From contig OZ024745.1 of the NCBI GenBank assembly GCA_964016885.1, positions 63,054,001 to 63,118,000 of the forward strand: a DNA stretch of 64,000 bases, in the 5' to 3' direction. The translations under genes and the position numbers were made by a program. The first letter of the stretch is position 1. Every line of letters begins with the position of its first letter. Below are positions 48,589 to 62,587 of the stretch, piece after piece. The notes beneath the pieces are model-generated. The model was not told the DNA's origin and searched no databases. It saw only the letters and a list, made by a program, of their open reading frames with translations. The DNA is from Eledone cirrhosa. Taxonomy: Eukaryota.

Positions 48589-49260
48589 TAAGTATGTATA
48601 CGTACATACATATATGTATACAGACGTACAGTAGTATGTATATACATACATACATGCACACATATATGTATGTACGTATGGGTTTACCGAACATTTATTA
48701 TAATGGTCCGTTTGTTTGTAAACAAACATCCCGAACTATTAGCCGTACAGTGTTCGGCAACCATCGTTGCCCTTTTGTTCTACACTGAAAAAGGAGCGAT
48801 GAACTATTTTCTAGCTTATTAGCTGTCATCAGCACCGTATACCTTCCTGTCAGTCGATTAAACGTTTAAAAGTATATATTTTCCTTATGCATATTAACGG
48901 CTGAGCAGCCTAATTTGAATATTCAGTGAGTTAGTTGGCCGGGCGTACCGAAAACGATAAATGGAAAAAATGAAATTTTATTTCTCACACTTAGTACGGC
49001 TGATACTTAAATATAAGTATGTATACGTACATACATATATGTATACAGTCGTACAGCAGTATGTATATAGATACATACATGCACACATATATATATATGT
49101 ACGTATGGGTTTACCGAACATTTATTGTAATGCTCGGTTTGTTTGTAAACAAACAGCCCGAATCATTAGCCGTACAGTGTTCGGCAACCATCGTTTCCCT
49201 TTTCCCGACAAAGGAACGATGAACTAGTTTCTAGCTTATTAGCTGTCATCAGCACCGTAT
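48585..49260 (-). mobile_element. Family A variant, ~1.6 tandem units (420 bp period); hammerheads at 48797-48837 and 49217-49257
   Basis: CGGTG-CTGATGA-CAGCT AATA AGCTA-GAAA-CTAG-TT-CATCG on minus. Confidence 0.85.
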
Positions 49261-49952
49261 GAATGAAATATATATATATGTACAAAAAGCTATGAAACGA
49301 AAGGGGGGAGAAAAAAGGAGAGAGAAAAGGAAAGAGAGGGGAAGGGAGGAAGAACAGGTGGGGGGGAAGATAAGGAGGGAGGAAGAAGGGGAAAACATAG
49401 GAAAGTAATAGGAGAAAAAAAAGTGTACAGGTCCCATCGTGGGAAGAGACAGGTGAAAGAAACATGCAAAAATGTAACCGTGGAAAAATAGGGAAAGTAA
49501 GTTGTGGCCGACCTGAGAGACTTTCGCCTGGTGGTCAGCTACGACTCAGAGCTGGTATAATCGTGATGCCTCTCACATAGACAGGAGAAAATGAAAGAGA
49601 GACAAGGGTAACCAAATGTGATGAGAAGAAGGGAAAGGGAGATAATCCAGAAGAACTTTTTTACGACGGTGGTAAAAACGTGCCGCAAAGCTTGCAGACA
49701 GAGAGGCTACCACTGCACGTGTAAACATGTCTACAATCAAACCGAACGGATGGATAGAGAGAGAGAAGGAGGAGGGAAGAGAGAAGGGAGGGTCGATGCG
49801 AAAGTGTGGAGGGAACACTCATCGACCAAAGCAGGTAGGGTCACAGCGGTAAATACAAAAAGTTATGAAGCGAAAGTAGCTGTGTGGTTACTAAAAACAA
49901 GGTTTAGGATGGTGGTTAGGACAGAATATATATGTATATATATATATATATA

Positions 49953-52001
49953 TAAATGTAAGTATGCATGTATACGTACATACATATATGTATACAGACG
50001 TACAGTAGCATGCACATATATATATATATACATACATATGCATACAGGTACACATACATATATGCACGTATCAGTTTAGCGGCGCTTATTATAACGTCGC
50101 TTTGTTCGTTTGTAAACAAACTGAACAGCCTGAATTTATGCCATACGGTGTTAAGGCAACCACGTCACCTTTTTGTTCAACACTGACACAGGAACGATGT
50201 ACTAGTTTCAAGCTTGTTAGCTATCATCAGCACCGTTTACCCATCTGCCAGATAGTTGAACGTTCGAAAGTATATACTTTCCTTATGAAAATTAACGGCT
50301 GAGCAGCCTAATTTGCATATTGAGTGAGTTAAATCGGTCAGGCATACCGAAAACGATAAATTGAAACAAAATGAAAACGAAATTTCATTTCTCACTCTTA
50401 GTATGGCACTTACTTAAATGTAAGTATGCATGTATACGTACATACATATATGTATACAGACGTACAGTAGCATGCACATATATATATATATATATATACA
50501 TATATACATACATATGCATACAGGTACACATACATATATGCACGTATCAGTTTAGCGGCGCTTATTATAACGTCGCTTTGTTCGTTTGTAAACAAACTGA
50601 ACAGCCTGAATTTATGCCATACGGTGTTAAGGCAACCACGTCACCTTTTTGTTCAACACTGACACAGGAACGATGTACTAGTTTCAAGCTTGTTAGCTAT
50701 CATCAGCACCGTTTACCCATCTGCCAGATAGTTGAACGTTCGAAAGTATATACTTTCCTTATGAAAATTAACGGCTGAGCAGCCTAATTTGCATATTGAG
50801 TGAGTTAAATCGGTCAGGCATACCGAAAACGATAAATTGAAACAAAATGAAAACGAAATTTCATTTCTCACTCTTAGTATGGCACTTACTTAAATGTAAG
50901 TATGCATGTATACGTACATACATATATGTATACAGACGTACAGTAGCATGCACATATATATATATATATACATATATGTATGTACGTATACATGCATACT
51001 TACATTTAAGTAAGTGCCATACTAAGAGTGAGAAATGAAATTTCGTTTTCATTTTGTTTCAATTTATCGTTTTCGGTATGCCTGACCGATTTAACTCACT
51101 CAATATGCAAATTAGGCTGCTCAGCCGTTAATTTTCATAAGGAAAGTATATACTTTCGAACGTTCAACTATCTGGCAGATGGGTAAACGGTGCTGATGAT
51201 AGCTAACAAGCTTGAAACTAGTACATCGTTCCTGTGTCAGTGTTGAACAAAAAGGTGACGTGGTTGCCTTAACACCGTATGGCATAAATTCAGGCTGCTA
51301 AGTTTGTTTTCAAACGAACAAAGCGACGTTATAATAAGCGCCGCTAAACTGATACGTGCATATATGTATGTGTACCTGCATGCATATGTATGTATATATG
51401 TATATATATATATATATGTGCATGCTACTGTACGTCTGTATACATATATGTATGTACGTATACATGCATACTTACATTTAAGTAAGTGCCATACTAAGAG
51501 TGAGAAATGAAATTTCGTTTTCATTTTGTTTCAATTTATCGTTTTCGGTATGCCTGACCGATTTAACTCAATATGCAAATTAGGCTGCTCAGCCGTTAAT
51601 TTTCATAAGGAAAGTATATACTTTCGAACGTTCAACTATCTGGCAGATGGGTAAACGGAGCTGATGATAGCTAACAAGCTTGAAACTAGTACATCGTTCC
51701 TGTGTCAGTGTTGAACAAAAAGGTGACGTGGTTGCCTTAACACCGTATGGCATAAATTCAGGCTGTTCAGTTTGTTTACAAACGAACAAAGCGACGTTAT
51801 AATAAGCGCCGCTAAACTGATACGTGCATATATGTATGTGTACCTGTATGCATATGTATGTATATATGTATATATATATATATATGTGCATGCTACTGTA
51901 CGTCTGTATACATATATGTATGTACGTATACATGCATACTTACATTTAAGTAAGTGCCATACTAAGAGTGAGAAATGAAATTTCGTTTTCATTTTGTTTC
52001 A

Positions 52002-52006
<5 letters not shown>
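49953..52006. mobile_element. Family A inverted tandem array (~470 bp unit); hammerheads at 50195 and 50671 (minus), 51188 and 51656 (plus)
   Basis: About 2.2 units in each direction; inversion within an internal (TA)n at ~50965; (TA)n at both ends. Confidence 0.92.
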
Positions 52007-52073
<67 letters not shown>

Positions 52074-52096
52074 ATATATATATGTGTGTGTGTGTA

Positions 52097-54750
52097 AAAG
52101 GTAAACAGAAATAACAACACAATAGGTACAGTATATATTAGGTTAACGCTTGATATAGCAGGAAGAGGGTCTTAACGTTTCGGACGCTAGTCCTTCATCA
52201 TAAGAAAGAATGAGAAATAAAATAGATTAAGGGGACGGGCGGGTTGGAATTGGAAAACAGGTCTTTAGATAAAAATAACAGGTCCATTCATGTTGACATC
52301 TCTTGCAAAAGTGTTGGTGCTGGCGCTTTTTGTATGATTGGTTTTTTAGAAAAGTGGATGATGGAGCGCGTCTACCTGAAATAGAAAAAAAAAACGTTTT
52401 GTAAAAAGTGCTATACTTGAGCACGTGCGTAAGCATGTGTTTGTGTGTGCGTGTGTGTGTGTGTGTCTCTGTGTGTGTGTGTGTGTGTGTATGTGCGTGA
52501 GTGTGTGTGTATGTGTGTGTTATTATAGGAATGGGTTTCAAAATTGTCGTCCTGGCTACAGAGTCGACGAAGACGGAGGAATTGGGAATAGGCTCTGGAG
52601 TATTTGGTGTGGGTTGGATGGGAGGAGATGAAGTCGAGATAAAATTGGGTGTCTGTTGGTTTAATGATGATGGAAGTAGAGAGGGTGTGGTGAGAGTGAT
52701 TAATAGATTGAGAGATATCTAGAAAAACGACAAAGAATCGAATACGGAGGCGGTGAAATTGAGAGCAGGATGGAAAGATTGGACAAAAGAAAGAAAACAG
52801 TCGAGCTGTTCTCGTCGTGATAGAGAGGTGGCGCCGATACAGTCGTCTATGTAACGACCGTATAGCTCAGGAGTCGGTCCAGAGTACTGGGAGAAGATCT
52901 GGGCTTCGACGTAGCCAACAAACAAGTTGGCATAGTTTGGACCCATTCTGGTTCCCATCGCTACCCCAGAGACCTGCTGGTAAAATTCACCCGAAAAAGA
53001 AAATCCATTAAGGGTGAGAACAAGCTCAGCCAGGGCGTAAATCTAAACAATGCTGGAGAGCGCGGAGGCCGTCATCATGAGTGATGACGGTATAGAGAGA
53101 AGTGATGTCCAGGGTAAAGAGAAGGCGGGAGGGACCAGGAGGGAAGGAGAAAGAGTTGAAGAGTATAAGGGCATGATTTGTATCGTGGATGTGGGAGGGG
53201 AGATTGCCAACCAACGGGGCGAGGATGGTGTCTAAATGTTCAGAAATTATCTCGGTGGGGCAGTTGCACGCAGAAACAATAGGACGGCCAGGATTATTTT
53301 GTTTGTGTATTTTGGTGAGGAAGTATATGGTGGGTGTGCGAGGGGTGCGTAGAATAAGGTTGGTGGCTGTTGGGGTGAGAGGAGGATATGAGCTTGTGGA
53401 TGGTGGAGGACACGAGTTGTTGGTAGCCAGGAGTGGGGTCAGAGGATAAAGGGCGGTAAAAAGGGTATTGTGAAGCTGGCGGAGAGCCTCAGCCCTATAG
53501 AGGTCAGTGCTCCAAACCACCACAGCACCATCTTTGTCAGCGGGTTTGATGACATTGTCATCGCGACGCCGAAGGTTGACAAGAGCGGAGAGCTCAGTTC
53601 ACGTGATGTTAGAGCGACGAGAATGCTGGTGGAAACAGAACCGATTCACAGTAAGCCGACAAGTATCGGCAAAGGAGTCGAAGGTGCTGAACTGGCCAGA
53701 GCTCGGCGTCCAATGTGATTGCCGGCGACTGAGACGAGTGAAGTCATCCGTCTGTGTCGATGATGGCGTGTCGTGAATAAAAACTTTCAGCTTTAATCGA
53801 CGGAAGAACCCTTCAATCTCGGCACGTGTGCGGAACTCGTCGCAGGTAGATGTGGTTGGTATAAAACGCAACCCACGGGCGAGGAGGGAGCGCTCTGTTT
53901 CGGAGAGTGGTAAGTCCTGGGGTATGGGGACTACAGTGAAAGAACTTGAAAGAGTGAAATAGGCGGAGGCGGAGGTGCCAAGGTGGTTGGGCAAAGCGTA
54001 TGCAGATTCAGTGGTAGGTGACGGGATAGAAGGGGTTAGGGATGGAGGTGATATGAGTATGGGTGGTGACGGCAGGCAGGGAGCGGAGAGAGTCGAGTTA
54101 TGATTCTTTATGGAAGTGAGGAAATTGAAAAGGAGGCGATTGAGGTAAAGGATGAATTGGATAAGGGATTGGTCGAGGAAAGGGTAGCGAGTGGAGGAGA
54201 GATAGAGGTAGCCCTTGGGGAGATCTCGGTCGAGAGAACGGATTTGGGTGAGAGTTGCTCGAATGGTCGCCCGCATGAGCTGGCGAGAGGAGCAGGTAAG
54301 GATGGGCTCAGTAGTGGGAGCAGAGTAAGAGGTGGGGTGAAACTTGAGGCGGAAACCGCGGGGCATGAGGTGGTGGTGGAGACAGCGACTTAAAAATGTG
54401 ATGTGACTGTCGTATCGTGTTTTTTGGTGAAGATGAGGTTGGAGAATTGGATGCTTATGGGGGGGGGGGCTTTAGAGTATAATGGAGCTGGCGGAGAAAA
54501 GATGTGAGATTGCGCATATTGAAGTTACTAGGGTGGGAGTGAAAAATAGACGGATGAGAAGAAGAAGGTGGTGTAAGAAGATTGTAGTAGAGGAAAAGTG
54601 GTAGAGTCGTGGAAAGAAGCAAAGAAAATTTCAAAGATACGAAAGATTTGCTGGTGGAAGTTCAGGTGTACTCCGGGTTGGTAGCCAGTTTCGAGGTGAA
54701 AGTCCAATCAGAGAATCCAACAAATTTTCAGAAGTCCACGTAAGCGTTGA
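52097..54750 (-). mobile_element. Decayed Penelope-like element (Neptune-like RT) with 3' pseudo-LTR and minimal hammerhead (52170-52205, C3>A)
   Basis: YFLTKIHKQNNPGRPIVS, FTLDITSLYT, MGTRMGPNYANLF, GRYIDD, YSQFLRLRRLCS; endonuclease not seen; ends in (CA)n. Confidence 0.92.
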
Positions 54751-54864
54751 TATATATATATATATTCTTCGGCTCTGTTTAATTACATTGAGCTATACCT
54801 TTACTGTCATTTCTATAATATGAAGAGGGTGTTTAAATCCAACACGCTCTAGTATTTTAATTCT

Positions 54865-54919
<55 letters not shown>

Positions 54920-54921
<2 letters not shown>

Positions 54922-55012
54922 AACAGGGAAACAGAAATAACAACACAATCGGTACCGTATATGGAAGGTATATATTAGGTTAACGCTTGATATAGCCGGA
55001 AGATGGTCTTAG
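54920..55012 (-). mobile_element. Partial pseudo-LTR of the same PLE family, starting at the hammerhead cleavage position
   Basis: Homologous to 52100-52173; its minus-strand start is AAGACC, the sequence 3' of the GUU site. Confidence 0.75.
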
Positions 55013-55058
<46 letters not shown>

Positions 55059-55060
55059 TA

Positions 55061-55897
55061 CGAGGTGTGTCAGAAAAGGTCCAGGATTGATGTCACACAA
55101 GATTTATTTCAAACCCAAACTTAACACTAAGAGTAATCCTCCTGGAGTCTAATACATTTTTCCATCCTTTTCTGCCACGCTTGCATGCACTCCTGGAAGG
55201 ATTCTTCCAGGATCCTCCGCTGTTCCGTCGTCACGGCATTTTTAATGTTGTCCACGTCTTCAAAACGGGTCCCCTCCGGGTTGTACTCGAAGATCCATGA
55301 CCCATCATCGGTGATGACTGTCCCTAGCAAGTCTGGTTCGCTTTTAAGACGCTCGAGGATGTCCTGGCACACATGCATGCGTCGACCCTTCAGGTCATCG
55401 ATCAGCAGTTTTGGCACCATCTTCGCGCAGACTTTCCACATGTCCAAATGTTCAGTGAGAATCTTCCAGACGCTGTCCTGATTCATGCCTAGCTCATTTG
55501 CCATCAGTCGAACAGTCAGCCGACTGTCCTGGATGTTGAGGGCCTTCCGCTCCTGGGGTCAACTTCCCCGTCCTCGCGTTCTTCTTTAAACCTCTTGCAC
55601 CACTCAAAAACACGTGAGCGTTACATCGTCTCAACGCCATACACTTTCGGCAGCAATCCTGTGCTTCTGACGGAGTTTTCAAGTCTATTCGTTGCTCTGT
55701 GCTCATTGATTAACGACCTGAAACAGAGAACATGTATATAAAATTATGAAGAAAAAAGTTCGATTGCTGCAGAGAGCTAAGATTACAGTTACATACTCCA
55801 GGGGGATTACTTTGAAGGAGACAACTCTTAGTGTGAAGTTTGGGTTTGAAATAATTCTTTTGTGACATCAGTCCTGGAATTTTTCTGACACACCTCG
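55061..55897 (-). mobile_element. Internally deleted mariner (Tc1/mariner) DNA transposon with TIRs and TA target duplication
   Basis: TA-cgaggtgtgtcagaaaa ... ttttctgacacacctcg-TA; KVCAKMVPKLL and VITDDGSWIFEYNPE joined directly to GTRFEDVDNIK. Confidence 0.93.
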
Positions 55898-55908
55898 TAT
55901 ATATATTG

Positions 55909-55947
<39 letters not shown>

Positions 55948-55953
55948 TATAAT

Positions 55954-55984
<31 letters not shown>

Positions 55985-56447
55985 CGTGAGAGGGAGGGAG
56001 ACAGAGGGGAGGGACAGAGAGAGGAGCGTGAGAGGTGAGGTAGAGAAATAGAAAAATATAGATAAGTGTGTGTGTGTCGAATGAAAGAGTATATTGTTTT
56101 GGATGATGGACACAATATTAAGTTGAAGACATCTAAATTTGTTATATCAATAAATCTAATTTTGAGGGCGATCATTTTTATAGACAACTTAATTTAGTTC
56201 AAATGGCTAAACTATATTTCTCAAATACAAATTATCATATATATGTCTAAAAATATTACCGTGGAAAATACCGAGGATAATTATTCCTCTTAATTTTTAA
56301 CGTACTGTGGTGAGATGTACTGTCATTAATGCGTCGAAACATCAGAGAACCATGGCAGACACCCGAAAAGGGGGAATTTTCCTTATGTTTGTGTTTCTCT
56401 TACGTTTTCTAAATAATATTTATTAGTAACCTCATATATATATATAT

Positions 56448-56849
56448 ATTTGTTTTGCGAGGTTTTTGATATGAAATCGTGTGTTGAAACAAATATTGTT
56501 ATACTTGGGGAGGGTCATATTGTTGTAATAATATTGCCAGAATTAATAACAGAACACACTCACTGTTTGGTTGGTTTTCGCTTCTGTATCTTTTATATCA
56601 GTTAATTTATTCGGTCCTCAATGTTTACCATTGACTGACCAACGGTCAAAAAATACTGATATAATATAGACACAAACACATATATGTAAATAAGCAGATT
56701 AAATAAAGATGGCGTAGATATACAATACTACAGCAGGAACATAATAACACCACTGACGATGTTGCAGATGTGCAAAGAAAGAACTTTGTTAGACTATATA
56801 TATGTGTTTGTGTCTATATTATATCTGTATTTTTTTACCGTTGGTCAGT

Positions 56850-56855
<6 letters not shown>
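56448..56855. mobile_element. Second family H tail-out module; hammerhead-like motif at 56744-56791 (plus)
   Basis: Homologous to 45445-45765; inverted right arm; (TA)n at both ends. Confidence 0.75.
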
Positions 56856-56944
<89 letters not shown>

Positions 56945-57034
56945 GTAAATACGGTATGTATGTATATATATGTATATACATATATATATAATTATCTCTT
57001 GTGTTCTATACACATACATATACATACACACACA

Positions 57035-57104
<70 letters not shown>

Positions 57105-57106
<2 letters not shown>

Positions 57107-58614
57107 GATGTATATATAATGTATTTTGCAATACACTTTATGCTTAATTAAAAGCATTTTGAAGACCGTAAGCTATTGTTTTAAAGTAGTGACAAATTCA
57201 CTTACTTTGATCTCAGCAAACAGGGGAGATAAGCCGACAAGTCTTGTTTCGCTTTGGTTGAAGCTTATCAAGGCCAACTACCCCTCCTGTCTACCGAGAT
57301 CACTGATGTTATATTCTTATAGAAATCTAGTAAATAATCAGGAGCTGATTATGCAGAGCGGTTGTTGGTCAGGCAGAAATTAAAAAATAGAATTGGAGCT
57401 CTGAAATAGCAATATATATATGGATGTATATATAATGTATTTTGCAATACACTTTATGCTTAATTAAAAGCATTTTGAAGACCGTAAGCTATTGTTTTAA
57501 AGTAGTGACAAATTCACTTACTTTGATCTCAGCAAACAGAGGAGATAAGCCGACAAGTCTTGTTTCGCTTTGGTTGAAGCTTATCAAGGCCAACTACCCC
57601 TCCTGTTTACCGAGATCACTGATGTTATATTCTTATAGAAATCTAGTAAATAATCAGGAGCTGATTATGCAGAGCGGTTGTTGGTCAGGCAGAAATTAAA
57701 AATTAGAATTGGAGCTCTGAAATAGCAATATATATATATATGGATGTATATATAATGTATTTTGCAATACCCTTTATGCTTAATTAAAAGCATTTTGAAG
57801 ACCGTAAGCTATTGTTTTAAAGTAGTGACAAATTCACTTACTTTGATCTCAGCAAACAGGGGAGATAAGCCGACAAGTCTTGTTTCGCTTTGGTTGAAGC
57901 TTATCAAGGCCAACTACCCCTCCTGTCTACCGAGATCACTGATGTTATATTCTTATAGAAATCTAGTAAATAATCAGGAGCTTCTAATTTTAATTTCTGC
58001 CTGACCAACAACCGCTCTGCATAATCAGCTCCTGATTATTTACTAGATTTCTATGAGAATATAACATCAGTGATCTCGGTAGACAGGAGGGGTAGTTGGC
58101 CTTGATAAGCTTCAACCAAAGCGAAACAAGACTTGTCGGCTTATCTCCCCTGTTTGCTGAGATCAAAGTAAGTAAATTTGTCACTACTTTAAAACAATAG
58201 CTTACGGTCTTCAAAATGCTTTTAATTAAGCATAAAGTGTATTGCAAAATACATTATATATACATCCATATATATATATTGCTATTTCAGAGCTCCAATT
58301 GTAATTTTTAATTTCTGCCTGACCAACAACCGCTGTGCATAATCAGCTCCTGATTATTTACTAGATTTCTATAAGAATATAACATCAATGATCTCGGTAG
58401 ACAGGAGGGGTAGTTGGCCTTGATAAGCTTCAACCAAAGCGAAACAAGACTTGTCGGCTTATCTCCCCTGTTTGCTGAGATCAAAGTAAGTGAATTTGTC
58501 ACTACTTTAAAACAATAGCTTACGGTCTTCAAAATGCTTTTAATTAAGCATAAAGTGTATTGCAAAATACATTATATATACATCCATATATATATTGCTA
58601 TTTCAGAGCTCCAA

Positions 58615-58620
<6 letters not shown>
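57105..58620. mobile_element. Family C: ~316-320 bp inverted tandem array (2.7 + 2 units, junction ~57982)
   Basis: Repeated 85 aa pseudo-ORF at 57126/57442/57762 (+) and 58247/58565 (-); microsatellite-bounded. Confidence 0.93.
57232..58459. ncRNA. Five family C hammerheads with U3-A8 core (minus: 57232, 57548, 57868; plus: 58098, 58416)
   Basis: GGCC-TTGATAA-GCTT CAACCA AAGC-GAAA-CAA GAC TTG-TC-GGCT. Confidence 0.8.
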
Positions 58621-58679
<59 letters not shown>

Positions 58680-58750
58680 ATCTTTACCAACGTATCTGTT
58701 TATATATGTATATATATATATATATACATACATGTGTGTGTGTGTATATA

Positions 58751-58782
<32 letters not shown>

Positions 58783-58906
58783 TATATGTGTGTGTGTGTA
58801 TCTATTTATTTGGATATATTTGTACATGTAAGTTGGTAAAGATATACATGTATATATATATATATATATATTTACATATACACATATATATATATATACA
58901 TATTTA

Positions 58907-58958
<52 letters not shown>

Positions 58959-58959
58959 C

Positions 58960-59035
<76 letters not shown>

Positions 59036-59606
59036 TATATATATATATATATATGAATGTGAGTATGTATATGTATGTGCATAGAGCACAAGAGATAATT
59101 ATATTTCCATAACATTCAATGATATTCGGAGTAATTTTTCTCTTGGAAATGTTTGTAGGTTAAACAGATTAAAGTGTAAATGAATATATATATAAAATAA
59201 TCTAATAACTGTCCTACTGATAACCCATCTTCAAAGTTTTAAGAAGTAATTATCAGACTGATAACAGCTGCCACATGATTGACTACAATACACAATGAAT
59301 GTACTAGAGGGCTTTAAAAACTTCAAATGACGGTGAATATATACTTAAATACAATCATACGTGACAATAGGAATATTCAAGTACAACAACTGGTTTAATG
59401 CACGCAAACGACGGGAATATAATAAAGGAGAAAACAAGTACATTTGCGAAAATAATAAAAGTGTTAAACTATCGGCAATGTGCTGATGGTTGTAAATGTT
59501 TGGGAAAATATGAAAACGTCAGCATTTGTAAAATAATCAGTAACTTTGTGATAAATAAATATGTAGGTGTAATATCTTTGTATCAATAGAAATATAATTT
59601 AAGCAA

Positions 59607-59724
<118 letters not shown>

Positions 59725-61259
59725 TTCATTCTATCTTCCTCTCTCTTTCCCAGTCATTCCCCCACACACATTGTTCATTGCTCTAAAACTAGTTACCATT
59801 TACAGGAAAATCCAAAATAAACGGACCTAAGTAATACTCTTTGTCTAATGCGCAGGAAAATCTGGCAAAATATCCTAAATAAATGAATAATGTTTCTATC
59901 AGGAGTACGATAAAAATGACTAGCACCGTATCCACAATTACACATCCATAATGTTTCGTATTTCCCACTGTTTGTTTGCTTATTGAATACATATATAATT
60001 TTATTGTGCGGTATTAAACATTATGCATGCAACTGCAATGCAAGCACAGGGACTCTAAGTTAGATTGAGCATGAATGTTTATATATGGTTACCCAGGAGT
60101 GGAATGATGCCAAATGGAGCGGGGATCAATAAGTTTACACATAAAAGATAGGGACTCGGTCATCACAACATTTTATTGCACATATGAGACACAAAAAACA
60201 GATACATGATTTAAAAGACGAAGTAGACAAAAAAATGTGCGAGAAGTATGAACAAATTACTTTCAATGTATAGAAGAGTTTATTGTGATTTACATAAATT
60301 GTAATTATGCTTGTCTGTGTATGTGTGTGTGTTTCTGTACGCATGCATATAAACATATGCTTATATGTGTTTGAAAAAGTAAGAATATATGTGTGGTATG
60401 ATGATTTTGTAGTTGTCAAAGAGAATATGTTATTATGAAAAATTCTGGATATGTGTTTGTTTATTTATATAGAATTCTAAGGCTTGTCTGTGACACATTT
60501 ATCAATCATATTATGGAGAGCACGTTGATATGAAGTTATGCATACAATCAAGACGCTATGAAGGTTTTAACAAAACAGCTGAGTCTCTTCCCACACGGAA
60601 ATAGTGTCTTTGCTTCATATTTTATGAATTTATTTTTAAACATACATATTGGCAGATCGTTGCGAGAAAATATTACTGAAAGATATCTCCAGAATATCTT
60701 CTATTCAGAATATGTTCTCGCGTGAAAATCAGACTATTCATTGATATCGGCAAGCGTTTCAAACAATCTAAACAATAGAAGAAAGAAGAGAAACAGAATT
60801 TTGTAGTACAATGTGTTGTCAAAAAAAAAAAGTGAATAAAAATAATAACTATATATATATATATATGTGTGTGTGAGTGTGTATATGTGTGTGAGTGTGT
60901 ATATGTGAGTGTGTGTGTGCTTATATCGATCGAAATGATAAAATACTGACACGTATAATCAGTATTTATTTTTCTCTTTGTCAAATACTCACACATGTCA
61001 ACACGTATGCATATGTTAATATTCACATACGCATACATTAGAAAACATCCACCAACCGCGTACACGTATATATACCAGTCAACGACAGGAAGCTCCACTT
61101 CGTTGTTAGGCTTTGTAGAAATAGCAGTCACATCATTTTAAAAGCCCGTCCAACCGTTAAAAAACAATAGAACATTTAAAAAAGACTGGATTGTTACGAG
61201 ATGATCGCATTTACGTAGATATGCATGCTCACCGTTGATCTAGAGCAGAGAAATAACTG

Positions 61260-61359
<100 letters not shown>

Positions 61360-61419
61360 TGTAATGACTTTAAATCTAATTAATTAACTGATCAAAATCA
61401 CTGACTTTTGTGGCATTGT

Positions 61420-61800
61420 TTAAATACATCTCTGCTAGACTAAAGTCTGGAATATCTCCTACTTTGAGTTTGACTAGATTTTTTAGTCCTATTGCGGGAT
61501 GGCAGGGTCCAAAGTTAATATAGAAAAACCAACTTGTTATTCTGGTTGATATATTTGTTATTCCTAAGGTCCAGAACTACATCTGTGAAATTGATAGTAG
61601 TCAGTTTAGCATCTATAGTGTTTGTTTAGGCCAAAATATATAAAGTATTGTATATCTTTTCTTAATCTGCCATGTGTATGGCTGTCTGTATTGATGGTCA
61701 TCGCTAAGGACTCATCTCTGTATAGACCTAAGAGTACAAATGGATTCTTGCAGCATACATCTTATATATATAATTGATACCTCCACAAGTGCTACAGCTT
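61420..61800 (-). pseudogene. Highly degenerate PLE reverse transcriptase fragment (YRDD type)
   Basis: Minus strand: LLGLYRDESLAM (~61700-61735), TINFTDVVLDL (~61566-61598), YINFGPCHPAIGLKNL (~61480-61525). Confidence 0.6.
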
Positions 61801-62518
61801 AGTGTTTACAATTTTAACTGAATATCATCTGCTATTCTCTGTATGTTTAAACCATTAGCTAAGTTACGTCGTTGGCATATATATCGAGAACAATTATGTG
61901 ATTCCACACATCCATTTTTGATACACAATCAAAAGACAAACCATGCATATATATGACGTAAGCTTTCTGGCGACTATATAGTGATTTAATTGTACGAATG
62001 TAATATTCCGGATATATAATTCTTTTAATTACCTTCAAAATGTCTGATAGATAATCACAATGTGTTTCAACTTTGCGATGTTGGTATCTATCTTTCCAGC
62101 TAGACTCTAAAAGACACTATCCCAGCATGACCATTGAACAAATATATATCTAATAGCAAAATCTTCATCAATATTGAAGCATATATATACATAAGCTACA
62201 TGATTGATGCATCCTAAAGATAAAACGGAAAATTATGTAAATATTTAGCATAAATTGTTGAGCGTGCGTTTTTATGATACATGGAACCTCACATGCAACA
62301 ATAAAAGCAAAGCAACTAATAAAATTATGGCAAAACTAAAGACAGCTCCATTTGTCAACTTGGTACTTATCTGATGTGACATGGAAACGCATACACATTC
62401 ACACACCCATAGGAATTAACCAATTGCCTTCATATATATTCAGACCCTTATGAATATATAAGTGTGCGTGCGTGTGTGTTTGTCTGTATGTGTAAGTATC
62501 TGTTTATGTGTGTGTGTG

Positions 62519-62587
<69 letters not shown>

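Noticed and set aside
49512-49552. Hammerhead-like shape on minus (CTGA...CAGGC-GAAA-GTC-TC-TCAG)
   Set aside because: No CUGANGA-type core at the required position
57126-58565. Repeated 85 aa ORF (MQYTLCLIK...)
   Set aside because: Starts at TTG, is antisense to the ribozyme and has no homology cues
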